From Patescibacteria group bacterium (GTDB lineage Bacteria > Patescibacteriota > Patescibacteriia > UBA1558 > GWA2-36-10): a stretch of DNA of 64,000 nucleotides. The stretch lies in contig JAQUKX010000004.1 of assembly GCA_028718865.1 (NCBI GenBank), positions 35,753 through 99,752 on the forward strand. The letters are read 5' to 3'. The position numbers and the translations under genes are program-made. The notes under the pieces were generated by a model. It was not told the origin of the DNA. It made no database searches and was given only the letters and a program-made list of their open reading frames with translations. Every line of letters begins with the position of its first letter. Within the stretch, counting starts at the first letter, position 1. This document shows, in pieces, positions 47,714 to 56,560 of this stretch.

Positions 47714-48232
47714 CTACAACAATTTTAAATAATCCAAACCCAAATAAGCCGACTCAATATCTGTAAGTTGTCCACCTTTTAAATGTTTCCTAAATTCTGC
47801 CAAAGACATTTCTACTATTTCTATAAACTCATTTTCTTCTAACTTTTGTTTCTGTATTTTATGGCAATTTATAGCAACAAAATTATACCTAATCATCGTT
47901 GAATAAGCACAATCCAAGCTCTCTCCCACAAATTGAAAATCTCCTATATAACCTGTTTCTTCCAAAAATTCTCTTTTGGCCGCCTCTAGAGGAGTTTCGT
48001 TTTTATCCACCAATCCCCCTGGTAATTCCAAAAGTGTTTTTTCCGGACCAGGTCTAAACTGTCTAGCCAATACTACATTATTATCTTTACTAAGAGCCAA
48101 AATACAAACTGCCGGCCCTTCTTTTTTAATATCAAAATCCTCTATTTTACCATTTGGCAACTGAAAAGTTTTTTTAATCAACTTCCTAAAACCTGCTTGA
48201 AAAGAATCTTCTTTTATTTTTTTCCAGTCCAT
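47714..48232 (-). CDS. NUDIX hydrolase (ADP-ribose pyrophosphatase-like)
   Basis: RQFRP, ELPGG..ETPLEAAKREFLEETG. Confidence 0.92.
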   Translation of the reverse strand: MDWKKIKEDSFQAGFRKLIKKTFQLPNGKIEDFDIKKEGPAVCILALSKDNNVVLARQFRPGPEKTLLELPGGLVDKNETPLEAAKREFLEETGYIGDFQFVGESLDCAYSTMIRYNFVAINCHKIQKQKLEENEFIEIVEMSLAEFRKHLKGGQLTDIESAYLGLDYLKLL

Positions 48233-48247
48233 TAGTTTTTTAATTTT

Positions 48248-48862
48248 TTATTTCCCCAGTTCATTTTCATTTAGCACTTTTTTATTTTTGTTTTTTATAA
48301 ACCTACTCCTATAAATTATCAGCATCAACGATGAATTGAGAATAAGCAGATATATAGGAAAAGCTATTTCTGAAATAGCAAATGTCCTTAAAGCGAAAAA
48401 ACTAGTCAAAGAATTGAATACTCCTGTTGAATAAGCTTCTACTGATTCTGTTTCTGGATATTTCCAAGACTTGATAAGAGTCGGCATAGCCGCAAAAAAA
48501 TCAGCCGCCAGGGCAAAGATAATAGCCACTACTGGCTCCTTGGTAATCCACCAAAGAATTAGGGCTAAAATTGATAGAGTGCCACAAGCATAATCAAAAG
48601 TTCTCAATCGCCAATATGATTTTTTATTTGCAAAAGAAACAATAAAAACCAACAATGGAGCAAAGCCAGCCATAAATACTGGCAACACAGCCAAACGAAC
48701 GCCATCAGATAAGGCTGCTGAAGTGGCAATCAGCGGTGCTATAGACCACATTAGCCAAGTGACCCGATTGGGTTTTGTGTTGCCTTTGATTGTTTCTTTT
48801 ACATAGATATATATTCCAGCCAACTGGACAAAAGCACCTATGAAGACTATGTATTGGGTCAT
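48248..48862 (-). CDS. Hypothetical multi-TM protein
   Basis: TKPNRVTW, PTLIKSWKYPETE; about 7 TM. Confidence 0.75.
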   Translation of the reverse strand: MTQYIVFIGAFVQLAGIYIYVKETIKGNTKPNRVTWLMWSIAPLIATSAALSDGVRLAVLPVFMAGFAPLLVFIVSFANKKSYWRLRTFDYACGTLSILALILWWITKEPVVAIIFALAADFFAAMPTLIKSWKYPETESVEAYSTGVFNSLTSFFALRTFAISEIAFPIYLLILNSSLMLIIYRSRFIKNKNKKVLNENELGK

Positions 48863-48875
48863 GTATTTATCTATG

Positions 48876-49871
48876 TTATTTTTCTCTCTTTACCACCAAC
48901 TGCCCGCAAGCAGCCTCTATATCTTTGCCAAAACTATAGCGCTGAGTAACTAACACTCCTTCTCTTTCCAAAATGCTTTTAAATTTTCTGATTTCTGAAC
49001 TACGAGAAGCTTTGAAAACTTCCGTAGGATTATAAGCAATTAGATTGAGTAGATAAAGCGGTTTTTTCATCAGCTTGGCCAGCTCTTGAGCATGCTGAGG
49101 CTGATCATTGACACCTCGGATCATCAAATATTCAAACATCACTTGCCTATCGGTCTTGGCAATATATTTATCTACTTCGGCCAAAAGATCTTTAAGGGGA
49201 AAGCGTTTGTTAATTGGCATTAGTTGAGTACGCAATTTATCATTGGGAGCATGTAAAGATATAGCCAGATTAATTTGCTTGTCATAAGTAGCTAATTTTT
49301 TGATACCATGAATAACTCCGCTGGTGGAAATAGAAATTCGTCTGGCGCCAATTTTGAAATCTTCATTGAGATATTTGATAGCCTTGATTACATTATCGTA
49401 ATTTAAAAAAGGCTCGCCCATGCCCATAAAAACAATATTGCTTATCCTCTGCTTGTCTTTGGCCAAATAGCGAGCAAAAAATAAAGCCTGATCAATTATC
49501 TCGCCATATTGCAAATTCCTGACCAGACCCATTTTGCCGGTAGCACAAAAACTGCAACCCAAAGGACAGCCAATCTGACTGGAAAGACAAACTGTATATC
49601 GTCCGTCTTTATGACTAAGGAGCACAGTTTCTATTTTTTGGTCATCGGCCAAAATCAAAAGAGCTTTTATAGACTGTCCGTCTGAGGAAATCTTTGTTTC
49701 TCCTTTTATTTCCAAAGGACAGGCCTGATTAAGCTGATTTTTGAGTTCTTTGGGCAAAGTACTGGCTTGCTCCCAATTATCAGCTAGTTGATCAAAAATA
49801 ACCGCTTTAGCCTGGCTAACGCGGTATTTGGGCTGATCTTTTAAAATCTTATATAATTTATCAAAATCCAT
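48876..49871 (-). CDS. rlmN: 23S rRNA/tRNA m2A radical SAM methyltransferase
   Basis: CLSSQIGCPLGCSFC, FMGMGEP, AACGQL. Confidence 0.95.
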   Translation of the reverse strand: MDFDKLYKILKDQPKYRVSQAKAVIFDQLADNWEQASTLPKELKNQLNQACPLEIKGETKISSDGQSIKALLILADDQKIETVLLSHKDGRYTVCLSSQIGCPLGCSFCATGKMGLVRNLQYGEIIDQALFFARYLAKDKQRISNIVFMGMGEPFLNYDNVIKAIKYLNEDFKIGARRISISTSGVIHGIKKLATYDKQINLAISLHAPNDKLRTQLMPINKRFPLKDLLAEVDKYIAKTDRQVMFEYLMIRGVNDQPQHAQELAKLMKKPLYLLNLIAYNPTEVFKASRSSEIRKFKSILEREGVLVTQRYSFGKDIEAACGQLVVKREK

Positions 49872-49916
49872 GTTTGCATTATAGCAAAAGTCCTAGAAAA
49901 TACTAGGACTCTATAC

Positions 49917-51254
49917 TTACAAAGAAAATTTTTCGTAATGGATTTTGCTTGGCGGATTTGGCAATGACTTGAGTAATTTTTTGACACTATCAATCATGGC
50001 TGGCGGACCGCAAAGATAAACTTCTCGCCTATCAATATCCGGCACTAGACGTTTTATTTTTTCCTCATCCACATGCCCTTTTTCCCCAGCAAAGTCAGCT
50101 TGCTCGCTCAAAATATGAATTATCTGCGCTCCTTTGGCTTGAGCCAATTGTTCTAGTTCATCTTTGAAAACAATATCTTGACTACTTCTGTTGGCATAAA
50201 GCAATTTGATGTCCTTGCCTTTTTTTAGCATCTCTTCCATTAGCGATCTAATAGGAGTAATGCCAATACCACCGGCAATCAAAAGAATTGAACGACTGTC
50301 GCTAAATAAATCAGTAAAAATACCATAAGGCCCTTCAATAATTATTGGCGTGCCCGGGACAATTTGATCAATGCGAGAAGTAAAGTCCCCGATTTTTTTT
50401 ATAGTAAAACGCAGAGAATGGCCATCAGGTAATTTGGATAAAGAAAAAGGATGAGCCTGCCACCAATTTTTTTTATCCAAAAAGCGTAAAATCATAAACT
50501 GACCAGCTTGAATTTTAAAATTTTCTAAATTGCGTCCGGAAATATAAACTGAAACAGTGTTGTGGTTTTCCCTAAATATTTTTTCCACCTTAAATTGATG
50601 CTTTTTGAAAAGTATAAAAGGTCTAAAAAAACGAAAAAACAAATGACTAGAAAAAACCAAAACATACAATCCTATCCAGTAGCTATAAAAAACCTTGCTG
50701 GCCAAAAAATCGCCCCCTAACCTGACTTGATGCCAAAAAGAAGAAAAAACTGCCAGATAAACCAGCAAGTGCACAAAATACCAAGCTTCATAAGGTAATT
50801 TTTTACGCACTATATAAATAGAGCTGGCAATCACCACTAAAAATAAAAACAGACCCAAGAAAGCCAAGCCAAGGTCGTCAAAGTTTTTGAAAAAAACTAG
50901 CAGTTGAGCGCCAAAGCCAGAGCGGGAAAAAACCGAATAGCTGGCCACTAAAAAAACAGGATGAAGCAAGAGAAAAATCAAGCTCCATTGTCCGCTCAAG
51001 CGATGAACTCGTGACAACTTGTCCAGACCAAAAGCGCTCTCCAGCCAGGGCATACGACCCATAAAAACAAACTGGAGCATCACTGCATAAGCTGCCAATA
51101 GTCCAGCAATGCGCCCCAGGGCTAGGAGCAAATAGCCTCTGCCCTGAGAAAGAAGCGAGCCTGATCCTTGCCACCAGAAAAATAAAATAAGCAAAGCATT
51201 GACCAGTAGAAAACTCAGCCAAAATCGTCTCGCCCAAAAAATATTTTTGCGCAT
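49917..51254 (-). CDS. Ferric reductase-like TM domain + FAD/NAD-binding oxidoreductase
   Basis: Heme-ligand His pattern in TMs, HPFS, EGPYG, AGGIGITP, LCGP. Confidence 0.9.
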   Translation of the reverse strand: MRKNIFWARRFWLSFLLVNALLILFFWWQGSGSLLSQGRGYLLLALGRIAGLLAAYAVMLQFVFMGRMPWLESAFGLDKLSRVHRLSGQWSLIFLLLHPVFLVASYSVFSRSGFGAQLLVFFKNFDDLGLAFLGLFLFLVVIASSIYIVRKKLPYEAWYFVHLLVYLAVFSSFWHQVRLGGDFLASKVFYSYWIGLYVLVFSSHLFFRFFRPFILFKKHQFKVEKIFRENHNTVSVYISGRNLENFKIQAGQFMILRFLDKKNWWQAHPFSLSKLPDGHSLRFTIKKIGDFTSRIDQIVPGTPIIIEGPYGIFTDLFSDSRSILLIAGGIGITPIRSLMEEMLKKGKDIKLLYANRSSQDIVFKDELEQLAQAKGAQIIHILSEQADFAGEKGHVDEEKIKRLVPDIDRREVYLCGPPAMIDSVKKLLKSLPNPPSKIHYEKFSL

Positions 51255-51256
51255 TT

Positions 51257-51781
51257 TTATTCAACTATCAATTTTCCTACCATGCCCATTTGGCGATGTT
51301 GGCCAACCGAGCAGTAAAATTCAAATTCACCAGTTCTGTCAGCGATAAATTCAATAGTCTGCTCTTCACCAGCCTGCATTTGCCTGGTAGCGGCATTGAA
51401 TTCATCCAGCACCCAGTCATGGAAGCCTTCTTCATTGACAAAACGCAAACGCACCAAGTCTCCCTGCTTGACTCTGATCTCGCTACTAGAATAGCCAAAG
51501 TTAAAAGCAGTTATATTGACCTCGCTGACATTAAGGCTTGTATCAATATCAAGGCTAGTGTCAATTCCTACTTCTAAAACAGAATTGTCACTATCATTGT
51601 CCATTTCCTCTCCTAAATTGCCGTTATTTTCCAGCTCCAGCTCAAAATCGCCATTGTTTTCCTGGGCAACTTCCTGGCCGTTTTGTAATCCCAAACCCTC
51701 TTCGCTTTGACGGCTGGAAACAAACCACAAGCCTCCCAAGAGAACAACTAGCAAAATTATAAATAAATATACTTTATTCAT
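51257..51781 (-). CDS. Membrane-anchored cupredoxin
   Basis: H...C..GQH..MGM type-1 copper ligands. Confidence 0.88.
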   Translation of the reverse strand: MNKVYLFIILLVVLLGGLWFVSSRQSEEGLGLQNGQEVAQENNGDFELELENNGNLGEEMDNDSDNSVLEVGIDTSLDIDTSLNVSEVNITAFNFGYSSSEIRVKQGDLVRLRFVNEEGFHDWVLDEFNAATRQMQAGEEQTIEFIADRTGEFEFYCSVGQHRQMGMVGKLIVE

Positions 51782-51972
51782 ATATTTTCTTACTATTAAT
51801 TATTATTTATTAGATAAATAGCAATGAATTGCTTTATTTATAATAAAGGAAAAAAGGAAATTCTTCAATAGCTAGCAGGAACATTGACGATTTTAAAAAA
51901 AAATTATATTATAAAAAAACCTGGTTTATCTGGGCAATAGGCAGGATGGACACTGCTCAGGAGGAAATACAG

Positions 51973-52137
51973 ATGCGCAAAAACTACGATCTGCATCACA
52001 CTGTTCTCAAACTAAGCTGGCTATATCTGGCCAGCCAGGTCGCCATCGCCGCCTTGCTGGGCTTCATGCCCAAACACAGTTCTCATGCTCCGCAAGGAGC
52101 AACTCATCATATAGAGCGAGTCGTCTCCTCAAAGTAG
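51973..52137 (+). CDS. 54-aa single-TM orphan
   Basis: TTGACG-17-TATTAT (51884-51912), SD AGGAGG, followed by terminator. Confidence 0.55.
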   Translation: MRKNYDLHHTVLKLSWLYLASQVAIAALLGFMPKHSSHAPQGATHHIERVVSSK

Positions 52138-52154
52138 ACGACGCTGGTAGCTCC

Positions 52155-52192
52155 GCCGGCAGACGCAAAGCGTCTGCCGGCTTTCTTTTTTT
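52155..52192 (+). terminator. Intrinsic terminator
   Basis: GCCGGCAGACGC-AAA-GCGTCTGCCGGC followed by T-run. Confidence 0.88.
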
Positions 52193-52211
52193 ATTATTTA
52201 TTAATAAAAAA

Positions 52212-53417
52212 TTAATTAAAAATCGCCGGATTTATTCTAATCACTTTGTCGTCGCCATCTCTGACTTGTCCTCGTCCATCTTGATTGCTGGTAGATAAAT
52301 AAAAATGTCCATCTGGCCCTAAAGCCACAGCTCTAAGCCGACCGAATTCTTTGAAAAAATGATATTTCAACTCTCTTGTCTCTAAATTATATTCATAAAG
52401 AGATTCCCCTCTAAGACCGGCAAAAAATAATCTATTTTGATAATAAAATAATCCAGCCGGCGCCCAAGTAGTACTAGCTCCCGACTGAATAACTGGACTG
52501 ATCATACCCTGACGACTTTCTCCTCCTTGAATAATTGGCCATCCATAATTTCCGCCGGCTTGTATCAAATTGAGTTCGTCATAACCAGAGGTCGCTCCTG
52601 ATCGCCCATGTTCAGTTGCCCAAAGCCTGCCCAAATTATCCCAAGCTAAGCCTTGGGGATTTCTATGACCGTAAGAATAAACTGGGCTACTAACAAAAGG
52701 GTTGTCATCGGGAATACTACCATCTTTGTTTATTCTCAATATTTTGCCTCCCAAAAAATCCAATTCCTGAGCTCGGTTGGCCTGACCCGCATCACCTACG
52801 GCAATATAGAGCCGACCGTCCGGCCCAAAAGCTATCCGACCACCGTCATGATATTGAGCTCCCGGCAAATCATCAATAATAATAGTTCTATTTAAGAGAG
52901 TTTTGTCAGAAATCTGATAGCGCTCTACTCTATTTATCAGACTGCCGTCTTTTCTGCCGGTCAAATACAAATAAAGATATTGATTGGCTGAAAAATCCGG
53001 ATCAAGTGCCATTCCCTGTAAACCACCTTCTCCTACATGAGACACTCCTTCAATACTAACTGTTGTCTGACCGCTGTTTATCAACAAAAGACTACCTGGT
53101 CTTTGGGTGACTAACATTTCTCCACTAGGCAACCAAGCTATTTCCCAAGGAATCTGTAAATCAGTCGCCACCACTTCAATATCGCTTAATTCTTCAATTA
53201 GCTCATTTTCTGACTCAACTATCTCCTCTGGCTCTGGAGCATCTTCTTCTTGATCTATTTCCCTCTGCTCCTCTTGAGTTTCATTGATACTTACGCCAGG
53301 CAAAGCTGTTTGCTCAGTAGGTTGAAAAAAATATTGCTGTAGCTTTTGGGCAAAGAAGAAATAAAACAGCCAAATCGCTACAATTAAGCTGATTATTATA
53401 ATAAATAGTTTTTTCAT
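52212..53417 (-). CDS. PQQ-dependent sugar dehydrogenase (GSDH family)
   Basis: GEGGLQG, HDGGRIAFGPDG, GHRNPQG, NYGWP, GRLR. Confidence 0.92.
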   Translation of the reverse strand: MKKLFIIIISLIVAIWLFYFFFAQKLQQYFFQPTEQTALPGVSINETQEEQREIDQEEDAPEPEEIVESENELIEELSDIEVVATDLQIPWEIAWLPSGEMLVTQRPGSLLLINSGQTTVSIEGVSHVGEGGLQGMALDPDFSANQYLYLYLTGRKDGSLINRVERYQISDKTLLNRTIIIDDLPGAQYHDGGRIAFGPDGRLYIAVGDAGQANRAQELDFLGGKILRINKDGSIPDDNPFVSSPVYSYGHRNPQGLAWDNLGRLWATEHGRSGATSGYDELNLIQAGGNYGWPIIQGGESRQGMISPVIQSGASTTWAPAGLFYYQNRLFFAGLRGESLYEYNLETRELKYHFFKEFGRLRAVALGPDGHFYLSTSNQDGRGQVRDGDDKVIRINPAIFN

Positions 53418-53493
53418 AATATTATAGTTAATGCTTATTATTTTTAGTATAACAGATTATTTTATAATATAGTAATCAACCCTAAGCAAAGCA

Positions 53494-53522
53494 TTGACAT
53501 TTAAGCCATTTTTGCCTATAAT
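53494..53522 (+). promoter_or_regulatory. Consensus sigma70 promoter for tRNA-Thr/rpmG/tRNA-Trp
   Basis: TTGACA-17 nt-TATAAT. Confidence 0.85.
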
Positions 53523-53548
53523 TCACCCCGTATTTATTTTATAAACAC

Positions 53549-53593
53549 GCCGAGATAGCTCCCCGAGATAAACTCGGGGCAGGCAGTGGTAGA
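53549..53593 (+). pseudogene. 5' tRNA-Thr fragment interrupted by a palindrome
   Basis: GCCGAGATAGCTC+[23 nt]+AGTGGTAGA matches 5' end of tRNA at 53647. Confidence 0.65.
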
Positions 53594-53646
53594 AATATAA
53601 ATAAATAATATATATAGTATTTATATAAAATTTAAACTTAATTTTT

Positions 53647-53722
53647 GCCGAGATAGCTCAGTTGGTAGAGCAATGGTTTTGTAAACCATGGGTCGGGGGT
53701 TCGAATCCTCTTCTCGGCTCCA
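53647..53722 (+). tRNA. tRNA-Thr(TGT)
   Basis: Cloverleaf, anticodon loop TTTGTAA, GGTTCGAAT, encoded CCA. Confidence 0.96.
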
Positions 53723-53848
53723 TCCTTCGCTTGCGAAGAATGTCGTCCGAAGCCCTGTGCGTAGGACGACAATAACATCGCCCCTTGCTTTTATTTATAA
53801 AGCTTCGGATGGCAAGCCATAATAATTAATAATTATAATCAAAAAATT

Positions 53849-54004
53849 ATGTCACAAGATAATCTGGCTAAGCTGGAATGTACTGAATGTAAAAGCGTCA
53901 ACTATAACAGCCGCCGCAACAAAAAAACTATCAAGGAAAGATTGACAATGAAAAAATATTGCAAAACATGTAAAGCGCATATTTTGCACAAAGAGACCAA
54001 ATAA
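53849..54004 (+). CDS. rpmG: 50S ribosomal protein L33 (not in ORF track)
   Basis: MSQDNLAKLECTECKSVNYNSRRNKKTIKERLTMKKYCKTCKAHILHKETK. Confidence 0.96.
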   Translation: MSQDNLAKLECTECKSVNYNSRRNKKTIKERLTMKKYCKTCKAHILHKETK

Positions 54005-54018
54005 TTTTGGACTCTTTT

Positions 54019-54092
54019 GGGGGAGTAGTATAGTGGTAGTACAGGGGTCTCCAAAACCTCTAGCGAGGGTTCGATTCCTTCCTCCCCTGCCA
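54019..54092 (+). tRNA. tRNA-Trp(CCA)
   Basis: Cloverleaf, anticodon loop CTCCAAA, GGTTCGATT, CCA end. Confidence 0.95.
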
Positions 54093-54370
54093 ATTGTTAG
54101 TGATTTTTATTGGCAAAATTAAAATCGAGCTAAGGGCTCGTTTTTTTAATAAATAAACTCCCCTAATTTCTGACTAAATAACTCCGAATTCCAAATATCA
54201 TTTGCCCCATGCCCTCTATAACTGGACGGTCCTCAAAACTCTGATTGTCCGGATAATAAATCATTGATTTTTGGCGCCAAAAAAGCAAAAGGCCAAAAGC
54301 TAAATAAGTAGCTGTTATCAATAAAAAAAAATTATAAGCATTCTTTTGATATTCATCTTTATAAAAAATA

Positions 54371-54622
54371 TCAAACTGATAAGTCTTGCCGAATCAAGTC
54401 TTCAAATTGCTCCCTAATTCTCTCATTGTATTGCTGCAGATAGCGAATCTGTAACTCCAAATCGCTGATATAGACGGATTTCAACCTTGATTTATAAGCA
54501 CAGTTGATCAAAAAAATCAGTAAAAAAATAATTGCCGCCAGAGCCAACCACAATTTCATATCTCTGCCCACCGTCTTTTTCCCGGATATTTTTGCAATTA
54601 AGCTTTGTTTTTTGCCAAACAT
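54371..54622 (-). CDS. Hypothetical single-TM/coiled-coil protein
   Basis: TM followed by heptad-like helix. Confidence 0.5.
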   Translation of the reverse strand: MFGKKQSLIAKISGKKTVGRDMKLWLALAAIIFLLIFLINCAYKSRLKSVYISDLELQIRYLQQYNERIREQFEDLIRQDLSV

Positions 54623-54759
54623 AATGTTAAAAAATTTAATTCCCCTTAAGTTAGTGGAATTTTATCATTTTTTTCTCCGCTTGAAAATGCCTACTTAACC
54701 TATTTGCCAAGGCCAGCGCAATGGGCTATAATCACCAAATAATCATTAATAAGCATTAT

Positions 54760-55446
54760 ATGAAAAAAAATCTGCTTATCTTTGCTCTAGCTCTTTTGTC
54801 CTTGGCCTTAGGCATAGTCCTCTTGCTAAACCAAGGATCAGAAAAGAGTATCAGCTCCCAGGAAGCAAAAAACCTAACGGAAAAATTCATCAATGAAAAT
54901 CTTCTGCCCCCCGGCATGGAAATAGCTGTAGAGAGCATATCTCTAGAAAAAGGCCTCTACAAAATGTCTCTTAAGCTGGCTGACGGCAATCAGGTGGATT
55001 CTTATCTGACCAAAGACGGCACTGTCTTTTTCCCTGAAGGCATAGACATAGCTCAATTTGAGCAAATGCTGGCCGAACAAGATTTATTAACTAATAATTC
55101 AGCCGACAATCAAATGCCAAAAGAATTTTTACAAATAGAAGTACTACAAGAAGGTAGCGGAGAGCAAATGACCGAATTCGGTAATTCCATTACTGTCCAC
55201 TATACTGGTACGCTCACTGATGGCAGTAAATTTGACTCTAGTCTTGACAGGGGCGAACCATTCACCTTTACTCTAGGCAGCGGTCAGGTCATTGCCGGCT
55301 GGGATCAGGGTCTTACTAGTATGAAAGTGGGTGAAAAAAGAAAACTGACCATTCCCTACGATCTAGCTTACGGCGAAAGGGGCCAGGGATCTATCCCTCC
55401 TTATGCTACTTTGATTTTTGAAGTAGAGCTTATATCTATAAACTAA
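54760..55446 (+). CDS. Membrane-anchored FKBP-type PPIase with extra N-terminal domain
   Basis: [37 protein letters not shown]. Confidence 0.93.
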   Translation: MKKNLLIFALALLSLALGIVLLLNQGSEKSISSQEAKNLTEKFINENLLPPGMEIAVESISLEKGLYKMSLKLADGNQVDSYLTKDGTVFFPEGIDIAQFEQMLAEQDLLTNNSADNQMPKEFLQIEVLQEGSGEQMTEFGNSITVHYTGTLTDGSKFDSSLDRGEPFTFTLGSGQVIAGWDQGLTSMKVGEKRKLTIPYDLAYGERGQGSIPPYATLIFEVELISIN

Positions 55447-55462
55447 ATAAAACCTTTATTAT

Positions 55463-55496
55463 AAAAACACTCTCCGCTTATCGGAGAGTGTTTTTA
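55463..55496. terminator. Bidirectional terminator
   Basis: AAAAACACTCTCCG-CTTAT-CGGAGAGTGTTTTT. Confidence 0.85.
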
Positions 55497-55505
55497 AGAT
55501 AAGAA

Positions 55506-55739
55506 TTATTGTTTGGCAACACCACTATCAGGACTGCTTGTCTGGCTTTGGCTTTTGTTTTTTCTCTTAGGATCAAAAAACAACAGATAAATAATCGGGG
55601 CAACGCCAGCTGTATTGAGGATAAAAAGCACTACATACCATTTAAGCTGCTTATTACCAGCCGCTTTCCATAAAGCAATTGCTTTCCAAACGCCATCCCA
55701 AATTATAATTGGCCACCATTGCAAAATAGCTTCTTCCAT
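55506..55739 (-). CDS. DUF5652-like small membrane protein
   Basis: WKAIALWKAA..KQ..W, LNTAG..PIIY. Confidence 0.8.
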   Translation of the reverse strand: MEEAILQWWPIIIWDGVWKAIALWKAAGNKQLKWYVVLFILNTAGVAPIIYLLFFDPKRKNKSQSQTSSPDSGVAKQ

Positions 55740-55894
55740 TTTGATAATTTTTAATAATTATGCCTATATTATACTATTTACCGCCTTTGCTTGTCCATAT
55801 CAAAAAATAAATGCCCTTATCCGCAGCTCCGCTTGACAATAATGTTAGAATTATATAACATAATAAATAGTTAATTATTTCTAACATTAAAAGT

Positions 55895-56284
55895 ATGAAC
55901 AAAAAAACATTTCTATTTATCAGACTGCTCATCGCCATGCTTTTGGGAGCATTGGTCAGCATCTCCATAACTATCGGTAATTATATTCTGCCAATAATCG
56001 CCGTCCTGAGCATCGTCATCCTCTTTCACACCCTAAAGAAAAAAGTAAAAGGAGTAATTGCCGATGAAAGAGATTATCAAATAGGCGGCAAAGCCGCCCG
56101 AAATGCCATCAGTATATACTGCCTAGCTATGGCTATTTTGGCAACGACAATGATGGCTATGAGTAAAACTCATCCGGATTTTTTTCTGCCCGGACAAATT
56201 ATCGCCTATTCAACTTGTGGCCTACTAATACTCTACTCTATCCTGTTCAAAATATACGGTAAATACGGAGATTATGAAAAATAA
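55895..56284 (+). CDS. DUF2178-like membrane protein
   Basis: Four TM with DER motif, coupled to XRE gene. Confidence 0.75.
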   Translation: MNKKTFLFIRLLIAMLLGALVSISITIGNYILPIIAVLSIVILFHTLKKKVKGVIADERDYQIGGKAARNAISIYCLAMAILATTMMAMSKTHPDFFLPGQIIAYSTCGLLILYSILFKIYGKYGDYEK

Positions 56285-56465
56285 TATTAAAAAACTAAGA
56301 ATTCAATCTGGCTTAACTCAAGAGGAGCTAGCCGACAAAGTAGGGGTCCGCAGAGAAACAATAGTTTTTTTGGAGCAAGGCCGCTACAACCCCTCTTTGC
56401 TTTTGGCTCACAAAGCAGCCAAAGCGCTCAAAACAAGTGTTGATAAGCTTTTTTATTTAAAATAA
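56274..56465 (+). CDS. XRE-family HTH regulator
   Basis: [27 protein letters not shown]. Confidence 0.93.
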   Translation: MKNNIKKLRIQSGLTQEELADKVGVRRETIVFLEQGRYNPSLLLAHKAAKALKTSVDKLFYLK

Positions 56466-56560
56466 ATCAAGCACAGCCCTGTCCTAAAAAAAGTTATTCG
56501 TATTTGCAAAAATTATAGAAGTGCTATAATAATGCTGTTAGCTAATAATTAAAAAACAAA

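Noticed and set aside
53549-53722. Intron-containing or split tRNA-Thr
   Set aside because: The downstream tRNA is complete by itself and no separate 3' half is visible for the fragment.
53902-54093. 63-aa minus-strand ORF
   Set aside because: Antisense of tRNA-Trp and rpmG.
54165-54356. Small minus-strand ORF apparently broken at a T9 run (phase variation?)
   Set aside because: No recognisable product, and homopolymers are common in this AT-rich DNA.
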